Shown here in pieces: positions 35,593 through 47,676 of a stretch of 64,000 bases of DNA (positions are counted from its first letter, which is position 1; every line of letters begins with the position of its first letter). The notes beneath the pieces were generated by a model that worked only from the letters and a program-made list of their open reading frames with translations, had not been told where the DNA came from and searched no databases. The DNA lies in the NCBI GenBank assembly GCA_032718475.1, contig JAUCBJ010001804.1, positions 1-64,000 of the forward strand, given 5' to 3'. The position numbers and the translations under genes were made by a program. This DNA comes from Nemertoderma westbladi (lineage: Eukaryota > Animalia > Xenacoelomorpha).

Positions 35593-38500
35593 CAACTTGG
35601 AACTACATTGTTTTTCTGACGCCAGTGACAACGGTTTTGGTGTAGCAGCGTACTTGCTCAGACAAGTAGACTCAGAAGAATTCGACGTTTCGCTCATTAC
35701 TTCTAAGGCTAAGACCATGCCTACTAAGTATATGACGACACCACGAGCTGAGCTACAAGCCGCAACCCTGTCAACCACCATCGTGAACCTCATACAGACA
35801 GAACTACAGTCAAGTTTACAGATATTTTATTGGACTGACGCGACGTTGGTTTTATTTTACATAAACAACGACACACTTGAATTCAAGACATTCGTAGCTA
35901 ACCGTCGCGCAGAAATTCTAGACCGTTCAATAAAAGAGGATTGGCGACATTGTCCCGGACCACAAAACCCAGCCGATATTGCGTCGCGAGGAATGATGCC
36001 TGAGGAATTCTGTAAACCGGAAAACAAATAATTTTGGCAACACGGACCCCAATTCTTGCAGAAATCGATACAACATTGGCCTCCGTTATACGACAACAAA
36101 TCTAACACCATCCCTAAGGACGCCGAAATCAAGAAACCAAAAAGGGGGAAGGCTAAGAAAAGGACAACGGCGGCAAAACTCAAGAAAAAACCGAAGGCGA
36201 AATGGAAAGATATAATTTCAAAGGTCAAGAGAGGAAGACTTGCGAGCCTTTCTACACCAGACATATCGCCAGACGGTCAAACAGACACGTTACCAGACGG
36301 TCAACCAGACGTTTTGCCAGACATGTCACAAAATGTTCTACCAGACACTAGTGACATACTGACAAATAGTAAAGCCGCAGTTTCTCTATTGGAGCGGCCT
36401 TCTATTGACAAACAACCAGATATGTTACCAGACGTATCGCCAGACACATTACTAGACAGTCGACTAGACATTTTGTCAGAAACATCACAAAATGTTCTAC
36501 CGGACATTAGTAATGTATTGACTAACAGTAAAGCCGCAGTTTCTCTATTGGAGCGGCCTTCTATTGACAAACAACCAGATACGTTACCAGACGTATCACC
36601 AGACACATTACTAGACAGTCGACTAGACATTTTGTCAGAAACATCACAAAATGTTCTACCGGACATTAGTAATGTATCGACTAACAGTAAAGCCGCAGTT
36701 TCCCTATTGGAGCGGCCTTGTATTGACAAACTACCAAATTTGACACACTTGAGCAACCATAAGCACGGTGAAACCTCATGTATTACAGATGTGGGTAGTA
36801 CCTACGCTAATGTAAATACAGGTGTTACTCTGCGCTCAAGAGACATACCAAACTTGCAACCTATGGTGAGACCTGGGATTAATGTCGGCAGAAAAATAAA
36901 TTTACCGAAACCCAGTGACCCCATAGAGTTCAAACCACCATTAACGATCGACTTACAAAGTACTGACAATCAAGGTAAGAAGACGAAGAAGGACAAATTA
37001 CTTGTAGACCCGGACGGATCAACAGTCAACAAGGGAATACTTACCGGCGGACCCGTGGGCCCTTCTAGTAATTCAAAACCTTCCAAAATCTCCATTGACT
37101 TACCTGATGACGTCACAAATACCTACGTCGACCGTATTGTAAACCTAACAGATTCTTGGACGAATGCTTGCCGAAAGTTAGCGTGGATTGTACGTTTTGT
37201 ACAATACGTTAAAGGCAAACGTGACTTTACACGTCGACTTACATTGGCTGAGATTGACAGGTGTGAAATTAAATTAATTCGCCATTACCAACTGCGATAT
37301 TTCGCACGCGAATTCACATCTATAAATCAAGGTCAACCAATCAAGTCGTCACCAATACTGAGTTGGAGTCCGATTATTTATAATGGCTTAATTTGTCATA
37401 AATCTCGGCTTCAAAACATTGACCTTAACACAAACTTTAGATACCCTATAATAATACCGCAACACCACGAACTACAACGTGCAATGATACTGGACGCACA
37501 TTTACATCTGAAACACGCTGGAAGACACCACTGTCTTTCCTACCTACGTACAAGATTTGTATTGATTAGACCTAGTAAAGCGTTAAGTTCAGTGACACGT
37601 ACGTGTATTATTTGTAAAAAGGTACATTCTAGAAAAGGTACCCAAGAAATGAGTGAACTTCCACAAGCACGACTTCAAGCATTCAGACCACCTTTTACAG
37701 AGACTGGAATTGATTGCTTTGGTCCCATACATACGAAACGTGGACGTATACTAGTAAAACGCTGGGGACTGATTTTCACATGTATGTCCAGTAGGGCAGT
37801 TCATATTGAACGTGTGATGGATCTTTCCACCAACGCGTTTATACTAGCACTGCGGCGATTTATCGCTAGACGCGGACTAGTAAAATGCTTGTACTCAGAC
37901 CAAGGGACAAACTTTGTTGGTGCTCGGAATGAGATTGCTAGAGCCTTTAAGAAATTAGATCATGATCAAATCTCGAACGAACTACAACCTCACAAGATTG
38001 TTTGGAAGTTTAATCCTCCAGATAGTCCTTGGAGAGGCGGAGTCTGGGAGAGACTGATTAGATCTATAAAGACAGCCATGGCAAAGGTCATTCCAGTAAA
38101 CCACATATTGACAGACGACCAACTGACAACATTGTTTGTTGAAATCGAGGCAATACTAAATACTAGACCAATAGTATTAGTACCCGATGACAAACAATCT
38201 CAGTTTGCTTTGACACCGGCACACCTGCTTATGCAGGCACCGACTACATTGACACCTATTTCTATTCCAATAGAAAGCGATAGCTACGGTAGAAAAGCGT
38301 GGAAAATCACGCAACTACTAGCTAACAAATTCTGGGAAATATGGCAAAACCATTATTTGCCCTCTATTTCTGCCAGAACAACATGGTACAATAACACCCG
38401 CGCATTAAAGCCGGGAGATCACGTGCTGTTAGCGGAAGTGAATCTAAAAAGACGCTTCTGGATAACAGGTGTAATTTTAGCCACACATCCATCTATGGAT

Positions 38501-38635
38501 GGAGTGACAAGAACTGTGACGGTACGGACAATTGACGGTCGTACAGTAGACAGACCGACTCAACGTCTCGTACTTCTTGAAGAGACTCGTAACGAGTCTG
38601 GAGACTACAAATCTCCACCTAATACTAGTAAATAA
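35378..38635 (+). pseudogene. BEL/Pao RNase H, linker and integrase, with an in-frame TAA at 36029-36031
   Basis: RLFDPLG, LHCFSDAS, PRAEL, FYWTDA and NPADIASRG, then K*FWQHGPQFL in the same frame as 36056-38635. HHCC (H..KHAG...CIIC) and integrase GIDCFGP, YSDQGTNFVGA, GGVWERL, LTPAHLL. Confidence 0.9.
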
Positions 38636-39299
38636 TTAGGAGTTTACAAATAGATTTCCACGTACCTGTACACCGTAGTAAGGACAGCGGTAGAATTCCA
38701 TTGTCTTTATATGTGAACATTGAGGGTAGTACCCTTATGTGTCACATAGGAGCGGGATTTGTAGGTATAAGAAATGGAATTCTACTTGGAACTCACAATA
38801 TTGAGACATTTTCGAAAATTTTAGACAATCCATTTGGATTTGAAAAATTTTTAAAATTTTCTCCAGTGAATAGATTTCAGGGTACAGTCGGGTGGAACTT
38901 AAAAATTAGAGAAACAAGAGAGGAAGACTTGCGAGCCTTTCTTAAAATTTTAATTAAATTTTACACGGTCTTGTTTCAATAAGTTACGTCAATAAATTGA
39001 CTCCCCTATATTTATTACTAATTCTTGATTGCTTATTTTCTGATAATAGTTTGGGATCAAAAAGTGAGTATTTTAGACTCACAGCCAGTTTAGCCCAAAT
39101 TCGTTTTTATTTCGGCAAAAAAATTTTAGATAAGAAGCAGCGTGTCATTAAAGAAACCCTAGATCTTAGGCTATGGGTAGGAGGTTAGAGCGTTGTCAAG
39201 CCTAAAGGGCAGACGAAACTCTCACGTCTCCTCACAACTAACTACAAACTCTGTTGTATTCCCTCTAGTAGTAATGATTATGTAACTACACCCCTAATT

Positions 39300-40873
39300 A
39301 TGGAGAAAGGGATACAAGGAGAGCCGAGATGGGGATATGATATCCAAGAGGAGGCAGCAGCGCCATTCGAAAGATTTGGAGCCAAGGACTATACTATATT
39401 TGGTATAAAGGAATTATCGGAAAGTACAGCGAAACTCGCGAGAACTAAATATGACTCAAATGTATTAAAGAGAAGGCAAAACGCATTAAACGAAAGAATC
39501 GAAAGTTTGCGCCAAACCTTCAACGAACTTTACCCGTACGACGCTTTGTGTGATACGGGAGACATTAGCGAAGACCCCGATACTGAAATTAGTCGTTTGT
39601 ATCATACCATGCAATACCTGAAGGCGCACGAACCTATGCCCGCGGTACGCGATGAATTCGATGGAATGCATATTTACAGACGAACTCGAGGGGACGATAG
39701 AGAAACCAAGGAAGCATTTTCAGTTTATAAACTTTATTATCAATGCGGTTCTTGTATGCGCGAACAACGAAATGCGATTCCGATGCGTTTGAATAAGGAA
39801 AATCCCGAACCGATATTGGCGAGGTGTTCGAACCATCAACAACTATGTTACCCTATGAAGGAGAACGTATCGTGGAGATTACGGATGAATCACGGCAGAC
39901 GCGCGCGCCTATCGGTCACCTTGGTGATGATTTCGAAGTAACTACTACGATCGCTGACGATCCTTTAGAGGAACTTCTTGAGATAGAAAGGAACCTCCCG
40001 AAGAAATCTCAGACGGAGATTCGACAACTTGAAGCAACAGATGCTATAGTTTGTATACAACCTTCAGAAACCTACCAACCCATAGACCCAGATGATTACG
40101 ATTATAGTGTGGGAGGAAGCGCTCGACCGATTGGAGATCTTATATACGAACGAGTGTGGTACCCTGCCAATACGATGTGTAGTAAATGTGGCGTCGCTGG
40201 ACATCATATGACAAAGTGCAGTGGAAAGCACATTACTACGACTCAGCTAATCTGTGGATGGTGTGGGGATCAAGGGTCTCATACCTTTTATACTTGCTGG
40301 AGATTTATGGCTCAATGTACTTACTGCAATATAAAAGGACATCGAGCATCTGAATGCCAACTAAGAGACATACCTTATGAACACGAATCTGTAAAACTCG
40401 TGAGGAAGTTATTTGATGAGTGGGAAGATTTAGCCGACGAACATGTATCGGCACAAAGAAGACGATTTCCGATGAGGGCGCATCTTGGATTTTGGGCGGT
40501 AAATCCCCAAACGATGATGTCGGAAGGATATATCTCCGCTATGCCCCAATATGACGAACTTATCGAGGTTGTCGATATTTTGCCCCACGACAGCGGATTC
40601 CGAGTAGTGCGCGAGTATCTACTACAGATTCACCCGGATAACAAAAACACGTGGAATTTTCAGAAAGTCGTTAATCGCATTACGTATGGTGAATTCGATC
40701 GTTTCCGAACTGAAAAACGGAATAAAGGAGCTTGGTTAACCGTCACATGGGCGTACCGAGCCGCGTTTTACCATAAACGTATACGAGCGAGCGTATTCGA
40801 GGAAGAGGAGGTCCTAGAGGCGACAAATATACCAGCCACTCCGGTTGCGCCGTCTGCACGTCACCCTCGGTAG
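39300..40873 (+). CDS. Accessory ORF(s) downstream of integrase: 39300-39941 and -1-frame 39824-40873 with three CCHC-type zinc knuckles
   Basis: CSKCGVAGHHMTKC, CGWCGDQGSHTFYTC, CTYCNIKGHRASEC. No obvious signal peptide or TM segment, so not env-like. Confidence 0.7.
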
Positions 40874-43800
40874 GACGGACAGGGTAGGATCATACGGGTC
40901 CAGAAAGTGGGCCAACAATTTATTAATTATCAATTATTAATATAGAAGAACGCAAGGGAGTTGAGCCGACCATTCGAGTTACTCGGGATATGGTATCGCT
41001 TCCAAGAGAACCAGTAGGAGGATCGGGACATACACCAGCTGATCAACAGGGGGCGCAAGCTACTCTTGGGCCTGCGTCGTCCGCTTCTCGCGCGTTCCCA
41101 GACGTTCTACCAACTGTAGTGACAACTGATCGGTCACGAGGAATCGGTCGAGGTTTTGGGATGCTAAATAGACGAATTTGCGAGGAAATAGTCGCACCGT
41201 CTCTCAACGTCCAAACGAAACCAGTGACTCGCCCCACAAGTCCCATATCGCGAGCAAAGTCACCTGTGCGCAGTTTTCGAGGACGCGGCAGGGCTCGATC
41301 CACTAAGCGATAAAAGGGAGGGCAAGGGTGGACGGAAGACTCGTGAGCCTTTCTTATGATTTGTGATTTATTTGAATTTATATTTATATTTGTGTTTATT
41401 CCGAACTTAAGCAATTTGTATTGTTCCGAATTTATGAAATTTAGAAAGTTTATATTTAGAAGGAACTTATATTTGAAAGATTTATGTTTCATATTTGAGA
41501 TGCAAAAGGAGTTTATATTATTCTAAACTTATGCAGTTTATATCTATATTTAGTAAGAATTTATATTTTATATTTGTAATTATTCCGAACTTATGCAATT
41601 TATATTGTTCCGAATACTATGCAATTTATATCTTATAAGCAGTATTTGTATTTACAGTGAAATAGAAAGTAAGAGTAGATGGAAGACTCGTGGGCCTTTC
41701 TTATAGTTTCATTTGTAAAGTGTTATATTTTGTATTTAGAAAGTTTTATAGTCAGAAAGTTTTGTGCTTAGAAAGACTCATATTTGTAATTATTCCAAAC
41801 TTATGCAATCTACATTTAGTTACGAAAGTATTTGTAATTACTTGAATTTATGCAATATTTGAGATGCAATAGTAGATGGAAGACTCGCGAGCCTTTCTTA
41901 TTGTTTTCATTTATTTGTATTTGTAATTGTTTGAATTTATGCAATATTGAGATGCAATAGATTTATATTGGTGAATTTAATTTAGATTTATATTGTACTT
42001 ACTTAGTAAAACCTTAAATACGTAAAGTTTGAATTTGTAATTATTTTTGTATCTAATCATTACGTAGAAAGGAAGTATTGTTTGAAATTTAATTTGTAAA
42101 TATGTAAGTACGCCCTAAGTATTCTATAGTTTGATTGATTATTGGTGAAAACCGTATATTTTATGCACGATAATATCCTGTTTTCATGGAGCGGTATAGA
42201 ATTATATTCCCTAAATGCCGTGGATTTTCAAAATTTTATTTTATTCGAATTAACTTTGTAAAGGATTGCTTTGAGTTCTCATTCGTATTTGTTCTATCAT
42301 TTGTACGCCTATTGGTCAAGTGGTTCAGTAGCTCAGTCGGTAGAGCGTTGGAAATTATATGTGTAGTAGGTATTGAGTTCGAATCCTAGTAAGTGCGAAT
42401 TATTTTTTGTGCAGAACTTCAACTCATTTAAATTGACCGCTACAAATTAATTGCATTTGTCTGTACCAATGAGACTGTAGTTATTTGATTGTAACCAATG
42501 TCGTGCAAGTTATATATTAGCTGGACCAATAGCTATCTTTAAAACCCTGTTAGAACCTATAGAACAATCGAGAATTTTCTCGATTGATTGCAGCACAAAT
42601 TTGCTATATAAAGGTGCGATTTCGTTCATTAGTTATCTCTCTCTCTCAATTACTCTAACCATATTCGTATCTCTGAGTTATCTAATATTTGTTTATTCTG
42701 TCATTAGTTTTCAGATTACATTTTATATTATTATCTGCAATAAATTCAGAAATACCGTTATCTGCTTTTCTTTACCATGATTCACTACGGTGAACAAACC
42801 TAAGGGACAGGATGGCCGGCTAGAGATCGGGCCGCAGCAATGAACGGGAACATCACGGGAATGTAGACAAGAGACAACCCGCAATACCATCTCAGTTATT
42901 CGCCCATCGCCTGAAAGGTTAGACAGCGTTCGACGCCTTGCTACCTAAGTGTAAGACCAAAAGATCAAAAGGTAGAAGTAGTGACACGCTGTGAGCCTAA
43001 AATTACATCTTAGGGACTGTACTGTCTTGATTCAGGAAAACCCACAGTAGACCTTCATATTCCTACGGGGGGAGAGCGCAGGCAGATACTAGTACGCAGA
43101 TAGGATGTAGGCACACCGGTACGAAGCATACAAATTGGTAGGGTGCAGCAAACTGTACGCCTAACTCTTGCTAAGTACAGGTGCGTTTGCGACTATTTGC
43201 AGTACAACGGTGTCCATTGCATTAGAACTTGTAGGCTAGGGGGGTTGCTGTGTTTTCACCTGAATTGGGATTGTACCGTTCAGGCGGTAGGGCAGTTTAC
43301 AACTAGGCGCAAATAAATTGAGGCTATTAGGGATACTAACATCTACCGTGTCCCCGCCAACGCCCTAATAGGAAGTCACCCAGCCTACCTAGGTGACTAA
43401 AATTCTAGATAGGACGCCAGGATAGCTATTAGTAACTGTACGCCTACAGTAGTAAACTAACACATCTTTTCTTAGTATCAGGGACCTGGTACCTAAAATT
43501 GCCGAATTCTGGGCGTAGCATTAACCTTATGCCTGAATTTGAGTCCTGGAAATACGCAAGAGGGGAAGGAACCTTATCATTCGTGAGTATTGGACCTACA
43601 AGTTGCAAAATTAGAATATTCGTAAAATGCACACCGTACCCAGTAATTATATATGTGAAGGAGCAAAACTGCTTTTGACCGTTCAGAATTAATGCACGCG
43701 CGTTAGAAATTATTTACACCTCAAAATATATAAAATTAACTTTCGTCCTTACTGTGTTTTGCCCGCTAGTTAGACATCTCCAAATCTCTGCCTCTGTACC

Positions 43801-44175
43801 AAGGCGACCTTTACTAACAGGCCTTGCAGCCCAAAAAACTGCAGAATTAGCGTAGGCCTAACATTTTGCAGTAGCAGAACAAGGCCATGCAACACGCTGA
43901 CACGTCAGCTTTATTTTTGGATTTATAAGTTCTGGTGCTGAAATAAATATGTTTAATTATAATTAATCTTAATTGCTTAATTTTGTGTATTTTAGCATTG
44001 TCCTCACGGTGTACTGTATTAATACTGCAATTCCTTAGATAGATTGCTATTTCCTGATTTCTATAGCCTAGGCTTCTGTATTTTGTATTTGATAACTACG
44101 GTAAGCTAAATATTCTGGAATTTCGAATATTAATACAATACTATCTGACTATTAATACGAATAATACTGGTCGAT

Positions 44176-46655
44176 ATGCCTCGCAAGTGTTGTGTTGGAT
44201 ATTGCCGATCTAACTACAAGGGAACTCAGTCAAATCCACAAGCGGAGAGTGTTAGCGTTTACGGTTTCCCCGCCAACAATGATGATCGTCAATGCTGGTT
44301 GGCTGCGTTACCGAACATCATTGATAAAGTCACAAAGACAATTGGTATTTGCAGAAAACACTGGCCGGACAGCACCAAAATGAAAGTTGTTCGCGGTGGT
44401 TCCTTAGTGCCGAGAGATCCTCCATCGGTATTCACTGCAGCGCCGGCGTCAGTTGTTCCCCCCACTCCTCCGGTATCGAGATCAACCGATCGATCGCGAC
44501 CATCTTCGCGGAATATTCTTCCCGATGAGTTGTCCGAGTTCCTCTCTGGCGACAAGATCGTCGCAGATACTTTTTCTATGGAGTTTAAGATAAAGTACCG
44601 GTACTACTGTGGCGTAGAGCTGGATATTTTAAACCGCGGCGGTACAACTCTATTGGCGATGCACCGGGAGCGGACTGGGGCTGTTGCGAAGTGGACCCTC
44701 GAGTTTACCATCATTGACGATAAGGTTGAGTTCGTTTGTTACTCGGGTCTCGCTCGAATTAGTATCCCATTCTTACGCTACAAGACCCGCGTAAGTTATT
44801 GGTCGGAAGTTACAGAAGTCATCAACTTCCTCAATCATTATGAAGAGGAGAATCCTCGCTTCCTCTTCCTGTATCGCCAAGTTGCTCTGCTGAACACCCC
44901 ACGGAACGGAGTTGTCTACACCTCTGGCGATATCTGCAATGCTTTCCAGTGGTATTGCTATTCAACCAAACTTTATAATATTCTAAGGGAGCAGTTGAAA
45001 CTCCCTAGTCCGTAATTATAGATGAAATTCATGTGAAACAATCACTCCAATACCACGGTGGAACGGTTTTTGGACCAGCTGCCGACTATCCCGAAAAACT
45101 GGCCAGCACTGTGTTGGCATTTATGGTTAATTGCTTGTTCGGGGGACCTGCGTTTGTTATTGGACTTCTTCCATGTTCGAACTTAAATGGAACATTCCAA
45201 TATGATATGTACCTGAAGTTCGCAAAGTCTCTGCACGAAACTAATGCGAGAGTCATCGCTGTTTTATGTGATGAAAATTCGGTTAACCGGAAATTCTTTA
45301 ACATGTTTACACGATATGTTAATGATGTACCATGGAGGGTTCGCTCCCCATTCGATTCAGCGGAGCCGTTATTCCTTATTTTCGATCCGGTACACATCCT
45401 AAAGTGTATCCGAAACAACTGGTTGTCCGAGAAATCGAGAGAGTTGGAGTTCCATTCCCCAGGGCAGATCGACGCTGCTTGCAGATACACTGCACGATGG
45501 GGCGACTTGGAGGAGGTATGGAGATCCGAGTTTGATGGTATTTTTAAACTGTCGGAGTTCACCAAAGACGCTCTGTATCCCGCCAAGGTACAACTACAGC
45601 GTGTTTCCCTCGCTCTAAAGGTGTTTTGTGATAAGACTGGTGCCGCTCTGCAAGCCTCTGCCCATCGCACGGACTCTACCGCTGAGACAGCCAATTTTAT
45701 AAACATAGTGGTGAAATGGTGGAAGATCGTCAGTTGTCGCTCTATTACTGCGCATATCCATAAAAGAGATCCGGACCGCGCATTTATTGAGTCTCCTAAT
45801 CACCCCGCTATGAAGTATTTGAAGGATATGGCCCAACTGGCTTTGTATATGGCCCCTATATCAAACAGTAACCGAGTGCGTTCATTGACCAAGGAGACTT
45901 CATATGCACTTTACCACACCAGCAGCGCATTAGTCGCCCTCACTGAGTATCTTTTTTCGCCCGAAATAGCCGAAGTGTTTCAACACAAGTATATTCTCCT
46001 TGGAAAATTTATTTCCGACCTACTAGAGGGATATTTTGGCCATATTCGCCAAGCTTGTGGTGGTAATTATTACATTTCCACTCAGCAAGTAATATTATAT
46101 ATAGTATATAGTATCGACAACACACGTTTACTTGCCTCGTTAAACCAACTCCAGCGAGAACCGACTGCTTCCCAGACTCACAGCTGCTCGCTTTGTTTTA
46201 TACCTCTATCCGAGAAGGAAGTTGAACTCATGGATACTCTTCCATTGTTGACCCAAGATTTGGACTATGACCTTCTTCAAGCGATTGTTTATGTTGGAGG
46301 TTACCTTACCCAACAAAGTGCTTGCAAGAGCAGCAGCCCACCGGTTTCTCGCAACACCCGGATAGCGGAATATACTGTAGTTTTAGATCGCGGCGGCCTT
46401 AAGCTCCCATCCGACACAATGACCTACTTCGTATCTCTTTCCTACTGCTTCTTCCAATCCACTGGAAAAGCATTTTATTGTCGTCGACGCCTCACGTCTG
46501 CACTTACAAATATTCGGCGATTATTCCACCTGGAAGAAACTACTAATAACACTATTGATACCCCACGTAGACTTGCCAATGTGTTCCTCAACAACAGCTG
46601 TAAACAGTCGATGACAGACATTTCCACCCTGCAGAAGAGGGCAAAGTTTATTTAG
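44176..46655 (+). pseudogene. P-element/THAP9-like transposase, frameshifted at about 45012
   Basis: THAP domain MPRKCCVGYC...FP...W...ICRKHW...PPSVF. Catalytic region DEIHVK, CDENSVNR, FDPVHILKCIRNNW, QRVSLA, SDLLEGYFGHIRQACGGNY. The two ORFs are in different frames. Confidence 0.88.
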
Positions 46656-46696
46656 CGAACTCTAGGCCGTGGATCACCCTACACCCCCCCCCCCCC

Positions 46697-46957
46697 CCCC
46701 GGTTTATATGGCTTCCAGCACCAGGTCAATCAAAAAGCCTCGCCATTACGAACTCTATCCAGCGGATCCCCCGGTTTATATGGCTTCCGGCACCAGGTCA
46801 ATCAAAAAGCCTCGCCATTACGAACTCTATCCAGCGGATCCCCCGGTTTATATGGCTTCCGGCACCAGGTCAATCAAAAAGCCTCGCCATTACGAACTCT
46901 ATCCAGCGGATCCCCCGGTTTATATGGCTTCCGGCACCAGGTCAATCAAAAAGCCTC
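46697..46957 (+). repeat. 72-bp tandem repeat, ~3.6 copies, in the 3' part of the P element
   Basis: ggtttatatggcttcc... recurs at 46701, 46773, 46845 and 46917. Confidence 0.95.
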
Positions 46958-47220
46958 AACTCTGCCATCCTGCACCACGTTGACGTCGTGGCAGAGCTTA
47001 TAACTGAAATCATAGAAATTTCAGTTAAACTAAGGTTGCAGGATATAATTTAATTATATTAGTAAATGTAATAAATAATTTTGTGTTTATAATAGTTAAA
47101 CACAAAATTGTTTTCTTTCGACAAAAATTTTCTACAAGTTCTAATTTCATAATTTTCCCAGTCCTACTATTTTTGTAAATAGTGAAATTTATTACCTTTT
47201 TAGTTTAAATTGTATTAGCT

Positions 47221-47676
47221 ACTAGAAACGAATCCGCTAGGTATGGTTAGCGCGGTACTCGTCTCAAATTTCAAGTCTCGTTGCGCTCGTCGTGTTTTCT
47301 CTGAAAATATTTTAGTCTAAACGTAGACTAAGGAACCTTTATAACTAAGCAAAGTATCGAAACTGTGCGAGAAAGGTGGTTTAGGGGTATAGATAACACA
47401 TTACTCGTCTCCATTACAAGCCTCGTTGCGCTCGTCCTGTTTTGTATGAAAATATTTATTCTAAATGTAGACTGAGGAACCTTTATAACTATGCAAAGTC
47501 TCTAAACTGTGTGAATACTTTCTGATTTATGGCAGATGGTATTACTACATCGATAGATGTAGATACATACATACACATTAGATACATACAGACATACATA
47601 CTGTATACACACTTAGATAGATAAATACACACCAAAACTCAAAAAAATACCCCGCCTATACGAGACGGGTTCATAA
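47221..47676. mobile_element. Possible Helitron/Helentron-type non-autonomous insert inside the P element
   Basis: ACTAG terminus with adjacent hairpin (ccgcta..tagcgcgg), duplicated ~146-bp core, (ATAC)n microsatellite, and terminal stem-loop cccgcct..agacggg. A related core occurs at about 14815-14860. Confidence 0.45.

Noticed and set aside
39300-40873. env gene
   Set aside because: No signal peptide, furin site or transmembrane anchor is apparent. It has zinc knuckles instead.
46669-46983. 104-aa ORF with 24-aa repeats
   Set aside because: By-product of the 72-bp tandem repeat, with a GTG start and poly-C tract.
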